DNA of 64,000 bases from Gemmatimonadales bacterium (GTDB taxonomy: Bacteria; Gemmatimonadota; Gemmatimonadetes; Gemmatimonadales; GWC2-71-9). Positions 10,350 to 18,871 of this stretch are shown here, one piece after another (within the stretch, counting starts at the first letter, position 1; every line of letters starts with the position of its first letter). A program made the translations under genes and the position numbers. The stretch lies in assembly GCA_039794085.1 (NCBI GenBank), contig JBDIWC010000005.1, positions 1-64,000 on the forward strand, written 5' to 3'. The notes under the pieces are model-generated. The model worked only from the letters and a program-made list of their open reading frames with translations. It was not told the DNA's origin and did not search any database.

Positions 10350-13109
10350 TCAGTTCTTTGGCGGCTCGATCTCGCCGACCAGCAATCGCTCGAAGCGCGG
10401 GTTGCCCTTGAGGGGCCTGAACATCGGGTCCACGCGGAGATACCCGGGCTTGACAAAGTACTGGAGGCCCAGGAGCTCCTCGATCGCGTCCAACGCCTGA
10501 TCGGTACGACCGGCGGCGAGGAGGACCCTGGTGCGCTGCACCCGGGCGTAGGGTGAACTGTTGTCGCTGCCACGGGGCGCGTTGGCCACGGCGCGGTCGG
10601 CTTCCCGGAGCGCCTCCTCGTACTGGCCGGCGTACGCCAGCATGACGGCATGGAGGGCCCTCAGTTGCGGATCGTTGGGGGCGGCCTCCACCTGACGCTT
10701 GGATTCCGCGAGCGACGAGTCGGCGTAGGCCCGCGCACGCACCATGTCACCCTGTTGGTGGGCGGCAATCGACAGAGCCTGTCCCCACCACGCGCGATCG
10801 TTGTCGAACGCGGCCGGGGTGAGGCGGAAGAGGAGGTCGAGTTCCGGCTTGTCGAGGACGAACGCCAATTCCCGGTAGCCGGCGAAGTAGGCCACGAGTT
10901 CGGGGGCGGGGATGCGGGTGAGGGCCTCGCGGACCACCCGACGGGCCCCGTCCAAGTCGTTCGCGCCGAGATGAGCCAACACGATCGCCTGCAGGGGGTT
11001 GGGGTCGTTCGGTGCCAGGGCCATCATCTCGTTGCCGAACCGCACCGCCTCATTGGCGCGATCGAGATAGGTCAGGGTATAGATGAGGTTGCGGAGGATG
11101 GGGACCGAGCGGGGGTCGAGCTCGCGCGCCCGGGTCAGTTTGGCAAAGGCGCTGGCGTAGTCCTCGCGCCGGTAGTCGTCGAGAGCGGAACTGGCGAGGA
11201 TCTCGGGGTTGTCGGGTTCGAGTTCCAGGGCGCGGGCGGTCGCGCGCCGCGAGGCGTCGGTGTTGCGCTCGACGTTGAATTGGTACCACGCCATCGCCTG
11301 GTGCGCGAACGCCTTGTCCGGGGCGAGGGCGAGAGTGCGATCGATGGCCTCCTTGGCCTGCCGCCCGGTCTCCGGATCGCGCGTCCCGTTCGCGTGCACG
11401 TCGGTGAGGGCAACACCCAGGCGTGCCCATGCCTCGGAAAAAGTCGAGTCGAGGGCAACGGCCTGCGCGTAGTACCCTGCCGCCAGGCGCGCCGGGCCAG
11501 CGGCGTTGCTGGTGATGCCGCGGCCCTTGAGGTAGAGGTCGTAGGCGACGGCGTTCCGGGTGGGTCGGGAAGCGAGTTCGGCGGTCGCGTCTTGCCCGAG
11601 CACGGCGCCGAGCGCGCCGGCGACGCGGGTGGCGAGCTGGGTCTGCATCGCCAGGACGTCGGTGAGGTCGGCGTCGAAGGTGTCGCGCCAGGTGATCTCG
11701 CCGCTTCGGCCATCGACCATCTCGGCGCTCACCCGCACGCGCCGTCCGCCACCCGCGCCAGCGGCCCACTGCACCTTGCCGGTGAGGATCTGGTCCACCC
11801 GCAGTTCCCGTGCGATCTCGGGGCCGGTCTTGGTGGTGCCGCGGTACTGGTCGGCGCTGGCCGAGGCGATCACGGTGAGGGAACCGAGGCGGGAGAGCTT
11901 GCCGCGGAGTTCGTCGACGATGCCATCGGCGAGGTAGGCGTCCCCGTCGGCGCCGATGTGCTGGAACGGCAGTACGGCGAGGCGCTTGACGGCGGTTGCG
12001 GTGGTGGCGGTGTCGTTCCCCCCCCCGAAGGTCTTGACGCCGAGCGCCCCCATCGCGAGCACCGCCGCGGCCGCGAGCCCAAGCTGCCACGGCTTGAGAC
12101 CGCGCGATGCTGCGGCCACCGGGACGGCACCCGAGCCGGTGCGTGCCTGATCCTCGGCCGCGAGCAGGGCCTTGGCCATTTCGGTGCCGGTGGCGTAGCG
12201 ATCGGCCGGCGTCTTGGCGAGGGAGCGCATCACGGCGGCACTCACTTGGGGCGAGAGCGTGGTGCGCGTCTGCTCGATCGGGCGCGGCGCCTCGGTGAGG
12301 CTGCGGGCAAGCACGGCGTGCGCAGTGGGCCCGGTGAACGGCGGCTCGCCGGTGAGCATCTCGTAGAGCACGCAGCCCAGCGCATAGATGTCGGTGCGAC
12401 CGTCGATATCGAGCGCCCCGCCCGCCTGCTCGGGACTCATGTAGTGGGGTGTACCGATTGCGAGGCCGGTCTGGGTGAGCGCGTCGCCACCCTGCTCCAT
12501 GGCGCGCGCGATGCCGAAGTCCGCGACCAACGCATGCCCCGTGCTGATCAGGATATTGGCCGGCTTGATGTCGCGGTGCACAAAGCCCCGGGCGTGCGCG
12601 TACGCGAGCGCTTCCGCCACCTCGCGGGCCAGGCGCAACGCCTCGGCCACCGGCAACTGCCTCTCGCGCTTGAGACGTGCGGGGAGCGACTCGCCCTCGA
12701 CCACCGGCATGACGTAGTAGAGGATCTCCTCCACTTCACCCGAGTCGTATACCGGAAGGATGTGCGGGTGGGAGAGCTGGGCCGCGATCTCGACCTCGCG
12801 CAGGAAGCGGCCGGCACCGAGGGTAGCCGCGAGTTCCGGGCGCATCACCTTGATGGCAACCTGACGCTTGTGTTTGAGGTCTTCGGCGAGATAGACCGTC
12901 GCCATCCCGCCCTCTCCGAGTACTCCCTCGATCCGGTAGCGCGAGGCGAGTGCCTGCCGGATGCGCGACATCTCGAACGCGCCGGTGGGCGCGGTCCGCT
13001 CCGGCACGCCAGGTTCGGTGGGCGTCCGGGTACCGCACTTCGAGCAGAAGAGGGCCTCGGCGTCGAGTGTGGTGGCGCAGGTGGGGCAGGTGCGGCCGTC
13101 AGTGGTCAC
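10350..13109 (-). CDS. Hanks-type Ser/Thr kinase with N-terminal zinc ribbon, TM helix, TolB-like and TPR domains
   Basis: CPTC...CSKC; GEGGMA, HRDIKPAN, DFG, YMSPE; RLAVLPF; TPR-like helices. Confidence 0.95.
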   Translation of the reverse strand: MTTDGRTCPTCATTLDAEALFCSKCGTRTPTEPGVPERTAPTGAFEMSRIRQALASRYRIEGVLGEGGMATVYLAEDLKHKRQVAIKVMRPELAATLGAGRFLREVEIAAQLSHPHILPVYDSGEVEEILYYVMPVVEGESLPARLKRERQLPVAEALRLAREVAEALAYAHARGFVHRDIKPANILISTGHALVADFGIARAMEQGGDALTQTGLAIGTPHYMSPEQAGGALDIDGRTDIYALGCVLYEMLTGEPPFTGPTAHAVLARSLTEAPRPIEQTRTTLSPQVSAAVMRSLAKTPADRYATGTEMAKALLAAEDQARTGSGAVPVAAASRGLKPWQLGLAAAAVLAMGALGVKTFGGGNDTATTATAVKRLAVLPFQHIGADGDAYLADGIVDELRGKLSRLGSLTVIASASADQYRGTTKTGPEIARELRVDQILTGKVQWAAGAGGGRRVRVSAEMVDGRSGEITWRDTFDADLTDVLAMQTQLATRVAGALGAVLGQDATAELASRPTRNAVAYDLYLKGRGITSNAAGPARLAAGYYAQAVALDSTFSEAWARLGVALTDVHANGTRDPETGRQAKEAIDRTLALAPDKAFAHQAMAWYQFNVERNTDASRRATARALELEPDNPEILASSALDDYRREDYASAFAKLTRARELDPRSVPILRNLIYTLTYLDRANEAVRFGNEMMALAPNDPNPLQAIVLAHLGANDLDGARRVVREALTRIPAPELVAYFAGYRELAFVLDKPELDLLFRLTPAAFDNDRAWWGQALSIAAHQQGDMVRARAYADSSLAESKRQVEAAPNDPQLRALHAVMLAYAGQYEEALREADRAVANAPRGSDNSSPYARVQRTRVLLAAGRTDQALDAIEELLGLQYFVKPGYLRVDPMFRPLKGNPRFERLLVGEIEPPKN

Positions 13110-13358
13110 GAGGATTCCGGGGGGAGATGTTGTGTCCGGTATGGATGAATCTAGCCGGGGATGGGACCGCAGGGAACAGCGGCTGGGGCACCCCGGCCGC
13201 CATGACCGGCGATCATTCCTGAGGGATGCGCGGCACTCCGCCCCCCCGGGCGTGCCAAGTGCAGGACGATCTGCTGGGTGGCCAGCGGCAGGTCCGGCTC
13301 CGGGGCCACGAAGCGCTGTCGATCCAGGTGGTGGAGGTTCTGGCTACGAGGGCGACTT

Positions 13359-13386
13359 CCCCCTCTCCCGTGTGCGGGAGAGGGGG
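13359..13386. repeat. REP-like perfect hairpin
   Basis: ccccctctcccg-tgtg-cgggagaggggg (12-bp stem) followed by ccagggggg...ggggtgag. Confidence 0.75.
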
Positions 13387-13434
13387 CCAGGGGGGGCCAG
13401 GGGGTGAGAGCGAGGAGCTGCGCGGGCACGCCGT

Positions 13435-13695
13435 TTACCGGTACACGTCCCTGCGGTGGGCGATCTTGAGAATGATCACGATCAACGTGCGACCCTCCAC
13501 GCCGTGGAGGATGTGGAACACGCCGACCCGGATCCGGAAGAGGTCGGTGTATCAGCTCAGCTTCCGGGAGCCCGGGGGATGGGGATCCTCGCCCAGCCCC
13601 GTCAGGGCGTGGATGACGCGACGACGATCCCGACCCGTGAGCCTTCGCAGCTGTTTTTCCGCCGTCCTGCTGATCTCGACCCTATAGCGCGCTAT
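13435..13695 (-). pseudogene. RelE/ParE-family toxin, inactivated
   Basis: ARYRVEISRTAEKQLRRL...PHPPGSRKLS*YTDLFRIRVGVFHILHGVE...KIAHRRDVYR; ATA at the expected start and in-frame TGA at 13552-13554; absent from the ORF track. Confidence 0.85.
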
Positions 13696-13906
13696 CGCGC
13701 TTCTGTTCGGCCAGCACCTCGGCGAGGGGACGGGTGGGTTCGTGGCGGATCGCCTTCAGGTCCTCGATATCCTCGAACTCCTCCAGGCGGTCGATGATGG
13801 CCTCCTGGATGAAATGGTTCATGACGATGCCGCGCGTCCGGCAGAACTCATCGAGGGTCTTCTTGAGGCGCGGATCGATGCGGGCGCTTACCTGGACAGT
13901 CGACAC
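13682..13906 (-). CDS. RHH/RelB-like antitoxin
   Basis: VQVSARIDPRLKKTLDEFC...FIQEAIIDRLEEFED...PLAEVLAE; RBS AGGAGG; overlaps the relE remnant. Confidence 0.8.
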   Translation of the reverse strand: MSTVQVSARIDPRLKKTLDEFCRTRGIVMNHFIQEAIIDRLEEFEDIEDLKAIRHEPTRPLAEVLAEQKRDSAL

Positions 13907-14046
13907 GGCTCCTCCTGGATGTCATATATCATTTGCTATCGCATGATGGCATATCATACGGCAGGGTCGTTTCTCTATCCAGTCCTCTCCCATCCCTGGC
14001 CCCTCTCCCACTTTCACACTTCGGTTCTTCTGATCTCAGTTCAGTC

Positions 14047-14072
14047 GTCATCCCGAATGAAGTGAGGGATCT
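14047..14072 (+). repeat. GTCATCCCGA-type REP-like element
   Basis: gtcatcccgaatgaagtgagggatct; relatives at 18611, 18736 (inverted) and 18805. Confidence 0.8.
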
Positions 14073-14272
14073 AAGGAGGTTCCTGGTGTAGGACGGGCCG
14101 ATCGCGAACGGCCCCGACAACCCGTCGTCCGGATCTTGAATGCACATGGAACTGCCTCAACGCGAAGGCGCCAGGACGCAGGGGCGCAACGGTGCCTGGA
14201 GCCGATGCAGGGATCCCGATCCGACGTGCACGGGGGTGGAGCCATTCGATCCTTGGTGAGAGAGTATTTTTT

Positions 14273-14298
14273 GACAGGATGAACAGGATTGACAGGAT
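14273..14298 (+). repeat. 9-bp period tandem repeat (ACAGGAT x3)
   Basis: gacaggatgaacaggattgacaggat. Confidence 0.75.
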
Positions 14299-14355
14299 GT
14301 TGTTCCCTGGGCAGGGGAACCGATCCGGCGCCTCCTGGCGGTCAGGTCTACCGCA

Positions 14356-14411
14356 CTTCGGCCATACCGTTTGCACGGGAATTGGCGAAGAACCCACACT
14401 TCGAACTTCAC
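14356..14411 (+). repeat. 39-bp direct repeat copy 2 plus heptamer array
   Basis: cttcggccataccgtttgcacgggaattggcgaagaacc followed by cacacttcgaacttcac. Confidence 0.9.
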
Positions 14412-14472
14412 CCGAGGGGTAGGTGCTGGGGGCGACATCCGGGAGCCGGGACGGTATGTCATGGCATATGTA

Positions 14473-14501
14473 TTGACAGACGAAACCTGCGACTCCACCT
14501 T
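14473..14501 (+). promoter_or_regulatory. Sigma70-like promoter, possibly leaderless
   Basis: TTGACA-N17-CACCTT, 5 nt before ATG 14507; no SD. Confidence 0.45.
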
Positions 14502-14506
14502 CCGTC

Positions 14507-14995
14507 ATGGCCACGAAGACCCAGCAAATCCAGATTCGGGTGACTCCGGGGCAGAAGGCCGCCCTCAAGCGCCAGGCTGCGGCCGCCGACCAGGAGCTGT
14601 CGACGTACGTCCTCTCCACGCTGCTCCCCCCGCAGCGGGAACGGTTCGCCGAGTTGGCCGCCGGGCTGGCCTCGGCGGACTACCGATTCGTGCTGGCTGA
14701 AATGAACGACTTCCTGACCAGCTGCCCGCCGACGCTGTTTCCCGAGGCAGTCTCCCTGGCGCCCCCCGGCACCCTCTCCCCATACCTCCAGAACTACCTC
14801 GCGGCAATGGTGGAGCAGGCGGCGGAGCAGAAGGGGGTGGCCCCGCCAGGGTGGACGCGACGCATCGCGCCCCTCACCACCCCGCACTTCGTGACGCCGA
14901 TGGCGAGCCTCCGGCTCCACCTGCTCCGGTCGGCCCCGGTGCCCTTCAAGCGCCGCAACATCTTCGTGGACAGCGCGATCGGCGCACGGGTCTGA
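14507..14995 (+). CDS. Putative antitoxin/regulator with N-terminal RHH-like segment
   Basis: TQQIQIRVTPGQKAALKRQAAA..LSTYVL; C-terminal PVPFKRRNIFV; directly precedes an NTase. Confidence 0.7.
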   Translation: MATKTQQIQIRVTPGQKAALKRQAAAADQELSTYVLSTLLPPQRERFAELAAGLASADYRFVLAEMNDFLTSCPPTLFPEAVSLAPPGTLSPYLQNYLAAMVEQAAEQKGVAPPGWTRRIAPLTTPHFVTPMASLRLHLLRSAPVPFKRRNIFVDSAIGARV

Positions 14996-14997
14996 GC

Positions 14998-15531
14998 ATG
15001 GCCGAGCCGATGCGGCTGACCAAACCCGACATCCTCACGCTCTTCGAGTTGCTGAACGCGGAGCTTGCCACCACCGACACCCATGGCGAGGTCTACCTGG
15101 TGGGCGGGGCGGTGATGTGTCTCGCCCTGGACACCCGGGCCTCCACCCGGGACCTCGACGGTTGGTTCCAGCCCGCCGGGCGGATCCGCGAGGCGGCGGC
15201 GCGGGTGGCCCATCGGGCCTCGGTCCCGGAGCAGTGGCTGAACGATGCCGTCAAGGCGTGGCTCAGCCCCCGGGGGACGTTCGACCGCTATCTGGAGCGA
15301 TCCCATCTCCAGGTCTATGTGGCCCAGCCCGAGTATCTCCTGGCAATGAAGTGCATGGCGATGCGCCTGGGGGAGGAATTCCATGACCCGGATGATGTGC
15401 GCTACCTGCTGCGGTACCTGAACATCACCCGGGCCGCGGATGCGCTCGCCGTGGTTACTCGGTACTTCGCCGAGACCCTTGTTCCTATCAAGACCAGGCT
15501 GGCCCTGGAAGAGCTCCTCCCGGACGAGTGA
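14998..15531 (+). CDS. Nucleotidyltransferase-fold protein (AbiEii/DUF6036-like), putative toxin
   Basis: YLVGGAVM...RASTRDLD, WLND, YLLAMK...R...D..D motifs. Confidence 0.8.
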   Translation: MAEPMRLTKPDILTLFELLNAELATTDTHGEVYLVGGAVMCLALDTRASTRDLDGWFQPAGRIREAAARVAHRASVPEQWLNDAVKAWLSPRGTFDRYLERSHLQVYVAQPEYLLAMKCMAMRLGEEFHDPDDVRYLLRYLNITRAADALAVVTRYFAETLVPIKTRLALEELLPDE

Positions 15532-15541
15532 CGGAACGGGA

Positions 15542-15595
15542 GAAGTTTGAAGGTGGAAGTTTTTCACACTTCGAACTTCACACTTCGAACTTCAC
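15542..15595. repeat. Heptamer array with inverted half
   Basis: gaagtttgaaggtggaagt followed by ttcacacttcgaacttcacacttcgaacttcac. Confidence 0.85.
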
Positions 15596-15675
15596 CAGGG
15601 GTGAGGGCGACGGCTGAGGAGTATATTGCCACCTGTTACGGCAGCGGATCACCCCCTTTCACAGGAGCACGGTTC

Positions 15676-18609
15676 ATGGCCTCTCCCTCAGTTGTCCCGG
15701 TCCGCCGTCGAGCGGCGCGGGTGTTGTCGGGTCTCGTTCTGGGGGCCGTCACCACGCTGTCCGCCCAGCTCCGGACCACGGAGACCCGGGACCCGACTCA
15801 GATGCAGGACACGAGCTTTGCCCGGAGCTACCGGGAGTGGCTTCCCAACCCGCGGCTCGGAAGCCCCCTGGTCGATCATCTTCCCCTGGTCCCGGGAATC
15901 CCGACCCCGAAGGACGTACTCGGCCATCACATCGGCGCGCCCGAACGGCTCACCTATTACGCCGACCAGTTGCGGTACTACCGGGCGCTGGCCGCCGCCA
16001 CCCCACGGGTGCGGGTGGAGACCATCGGACGCTCCGACGAAGGCCGGGAACTGGTGGTGGTGTGGGTCTCCTCCGAGGAGAACATGACCTCCCTCGAGGC
16101 CAACCGGCGGAACCTCGCGGCGATCGCCGATCCGCGGGGGCGGAGCGAGGAGGAGGTGGCGGAACTCATCCGTTCCACGCGCCCCAACTACCACCTGATG
16201 GGAGGGCTCCACAGCGGGGAGACGGGGCCGTCCGAGATGCTGATGGAGCTGGTGTACCGACTCGCGACGGAAACGTCTCCCGTGATCTCCCTCATCCGGG
16301 ACAACCTGTACGTGTCGGTCACGCCGGTGGCCGATGCCGATGGCCGGGACCGGAACGTGGACTGGTTCTACCGGAACCTCGATCTGGGGCTCACCGATCC
16401 GCCCCCGGTGCGGGACAGCACGGCTCGTAGCGGTGCCGATTCCGCCGCGGCCGCCCGGCGGCTGCCCCGGGTGCCGTACTGGGGCAAATATGCCTATCAC
16501 GACAACAACCGCGACATCAATCTCGTGCTGGACCAGATGCGGGCCATCGCCGACTGGTACTTCACGGCGTACCCGCCGATCATGCACGACCTGCACGAGT
16601 CGCTGCCGCTGCTCTATACCTACAGCGGGGCGGCTCCGCAGAACCCGAATCTCGATCCCCTGGTCTTTGCCGAGCTGCCCTGGTTTGCCAACTGGGAAAT
16701 GAGCCAGATGACCAAGTACGGGATGCCCGGGGTCTACACCCACGCCTTCATGGATGGATGGTCCCCGGGGTATCTGGGATCGATTTCGTACAATCACAAC
16801 GGGATCATGAAGATGTATGAGACCCAGTCGGGGAAGGATCCCGACTCCACCTGGAGCGCGCCGCCGAGCAAGCCCGCCGCCGCTTCCGGGGACTCGGCCG
16901 CTCCGACCGATTCTGCCCGGCGAGGCGGGGGGGGGGCGCGACCGGCGGGATCCGGTGGCCCCGGAGGCGGGAGGAACGCCCTTCCCACCGGCCGGGGCGG
17001 GGCCCAGGAACGCGAATGGTACCGCGGCATTCCGATAGCACCGGAGGACTCCGCCCGGTTCACCCGACGGGCCAACACCAACTACATGCAGACCGGCGTG
17101 CTCTCGGCCCTGCAACTGGCCGCCATGTTCCCGGCGACCGTTCTGGAGAACTTCCACGTCCGGACTCGAAATGCGATCGAGGATGGCCGGACCCGGGCCC
17201 CGTACGGCTTTGTCATTCCGGTTCAGCGCGACATGACCCGGGTCACCGAGTTGGTCAACATTCTTCGGACCCAGCGGATCGAGATCGGGATGACCACCCG
17301 AAAGGTGACCCTGGGCGGGGTGAGCTACCCGGAGGGATCGTATCTCATTCGGCGCGACCAGCCCTATGGCCGTCTGGCCAAGAACCTCCTGGAACGGCAG
17401 CAATATCCGGATGCCCGGCTCACCACCTATGACGACAGCGGCTGGACCATGGGGCTCGCCATGAACGTGGAGGTCGCCGAGGTGGCCGACTCCGCGATCT
17501 TCGCCGTGTCGGTGACTCCGGTGACCATCGCGGTTGCACCAGGCAGGATGGCGGGTGCCGGCTCGGCGGGTCTGGCCGTGGCCCATCAGGGATCCAACAA
17601 CATGATCACCTTCCGTCACCGGCTGCGGAACGTGCCGATGCGGATCGCGGAACGGGGATTCACCGAGGGGGGGATCGACTTTCCCGCGGGCTCCTTCCTC
17701 GTGGCCGACACGATCCATGCCCCGGCGGTACGCGCCGCGGTCGAGGAGCTGGGGCTCACCGGTGCCGCCCTGGCCGCCTGGCCCGAGGTGCCGTCCCACG
17801 AGGCCGACCTGCCCCGGGTCGCCATCTACTCGCAGTGGGCTGGCACCCAGAATCTCGGGTGGTACCGGTTCACGCTCGACAGGTTTGGCGTACCCTACGA
17901 CCTGATCTACAAGGAACGGGTGCGGCAGGGGAATCTCCGGGAGTCGTATGACGTGATCCTGACTGCGGAGCAGAACCTGAGCCGGAAGACGGTGATGGAG
18001 GAGCCCGGTCCCCGGCCGGTTCCCTATCAAAAATCAGACCGCTATCAGTTTCTCGGCATGTATGGGGAAACGGCCGACATGACCGGCGGGTTCGGGCAGG
18101 CGGGGGTCGACGCGTTCGCCCGGTTCCTCGAGGAGGGTGGGACCGTGATCGCGGTGGGAGACGCCGCCCTCCTCCCCATCGAGTTCGGATGGGCGGGGAC
18201 GACGGCCCGGGCGGCCGTGCCGGGGCTCACCGCCCGCCGTCCGCTGGTGCAGGGAACGATCGTGCGGAGGGAACACCCCGTGTTCTATGGATTCGCCGAC
18301 AGCATCGTCCCGATCAAGTACGTGGGAGGGCAACCCTTCCAGGTGGGCGTGGCCGATGAGGACAACGTGATGGCGCGCTATGTGGGGGGGGGGGCGTCCG
18401 TGTTGTCGGGTCTCATGACCGGGGCCGATTCCCTCGCGGGACGACCGTTCGCCGTTGACATTCCCGAGGCGTATCGCGGTCACGGCCGGGTGATCCTGTT
18501 CTCGAACAACCCGATCTACCGGTGGCAGAACCATGGCGAGTTCAACATGGTCTTCAACGCGCTGCTCAACTGGAACGACGTGGTGGCAAGGCCGGTGAAG
18601 GAGAAGTAG
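15676..18609 (+). CDS. Secreted M14-family zinc carboxypeptidase
   Basis: Signal-like N-terminus after RBS AGGAG; GGLHSGE, DNNRD and HDLHE zinc-binding motifs. Confidence 0.85.
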   Translation: MASPSVVPVRRRAARVLSGLVLGAVTTLSAQLRTTETRDPTQMQDTSFARSYREWLPNPRLGSPLVDHLPLVPGIPTPKDVLGHHIGAPERLTYYADQLRYYRALAAATPRVRVETIGRSDEGRELVVVWVSSEENMTSLEANRRNLAAIADPRGRSEEEVAELIRSTRPNYHLMGGLHSGETGPSEMLMELVYRLATETSPVISLIRDNLYVSVTPVADADGRDRNVDWFYRNLDLGLTDPPPVRDSTARSGADSAAAARRLPRVPYWGKYAYHDNNRDINLVLDQMRAIADWYFTAYPPIMHDLHESLPLLYTYSGAAPQNPNLDPLVFAELPWFANWEMSQMTKYGMPGVYTHAFMDGWSPGYLGSISYNHNGIMKMYETQSGKDPDSTWSAPPSKPAAASGDSAAPTDSARRGGGGARPAGSGGPGGGRNALPTGRGGAQEREWYRGIPIAPEDSARFTRRANTNYMQTGVLSALQLAAMFPATVLENFHVRTRNAIEDGRTRAPYGFVIPVQRDMTRVTELVNILRTQRIEIGMTTRKVTLGGVSYPEGSYLIRRDQPYGRLAKNLLERQQYPDARLTTYDDSGWTMGLAMNVEVAEVADSAIFAVSVTPVTIAVAPGRMAGAGSAGLAVAHQGSNNMITFRHRLRNVPMRIAERGFTEGGIDFPAGSFLVADTIHAPAVRAAVEELGLTGAALAAWPEVPSHEADLPRVAIYSQWAGTQNLGWYRFTLDRFGVPYDLIYKERVRQGNLRESYDVILTAEQNLSRKTVMEEPGPRPVPYQKSDRYQFLGMYGETADMTGGFGQAGVDAFARFLEEGGTVIAVGDAALLPIEFGWAGTTARAAVPGLTARRPLVQGTIVRREHPVFYGFADSIVPIKYVGGQPFQVGVADEDNVMARYVGGGASVLSGLMTGADSLAGRPFAVDIPEAYRGHGRVILFSNNPIYRWQNHGEFNMVFNALLNWNDVVARPVKEK

Positions 18610-18610
18610 G

Positions 18611-18832
18611 GTCATCCCGAGCCGCAGGCGAGGGATCTGAGAACGACGCAGGTGTACTTCCCGTCGGCTGCGTCCTCGATGGCCGCATGGCAACCTTTGC
18701 CTTCCCGACGGCGGGAAGTACAGGGGAACCGTCTCAGATCCCTCACTTCGTTCGGGATGACTCCGTGAATACGACAAGGTCGTCATCCCGAGGGCAAAAG
18801 GGCCGTCATCCCGAGCCGCAGGCGAGGGATCT
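18611..18832. repeat. Cluster of GTCATCCCGA REP-like elements; 18611-18761 forms a long hairpin
   Basis: Copies at 18611-18638 (+), 18736-18761 (-), 18782-18792 (partial) and 18805-18832 (+); inner arms tgtacttcccg / cgggaagtaca. Confidence 0.85.
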
Positions 18833-18871
18833 GTGGAACCCGGGCGTGCAGCTTGCTCGGGGTTCTCGACC

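Noticed and set aside
13552..13554. In-frame TGA in relE as selenocysteine or recoding
   Set aside because: The position corresponds to a probable Gly (GGA>TGA). The start codon and other conserved residues are also degraded, and TGA is a normal stop throughout the window.
16840..17010. Gly/Ala/Pro-rich insert in the M14 peptidase as an intein or mobile insertion
   Set aside because: In-frame low-complexity linker with no intein terminal motifs.
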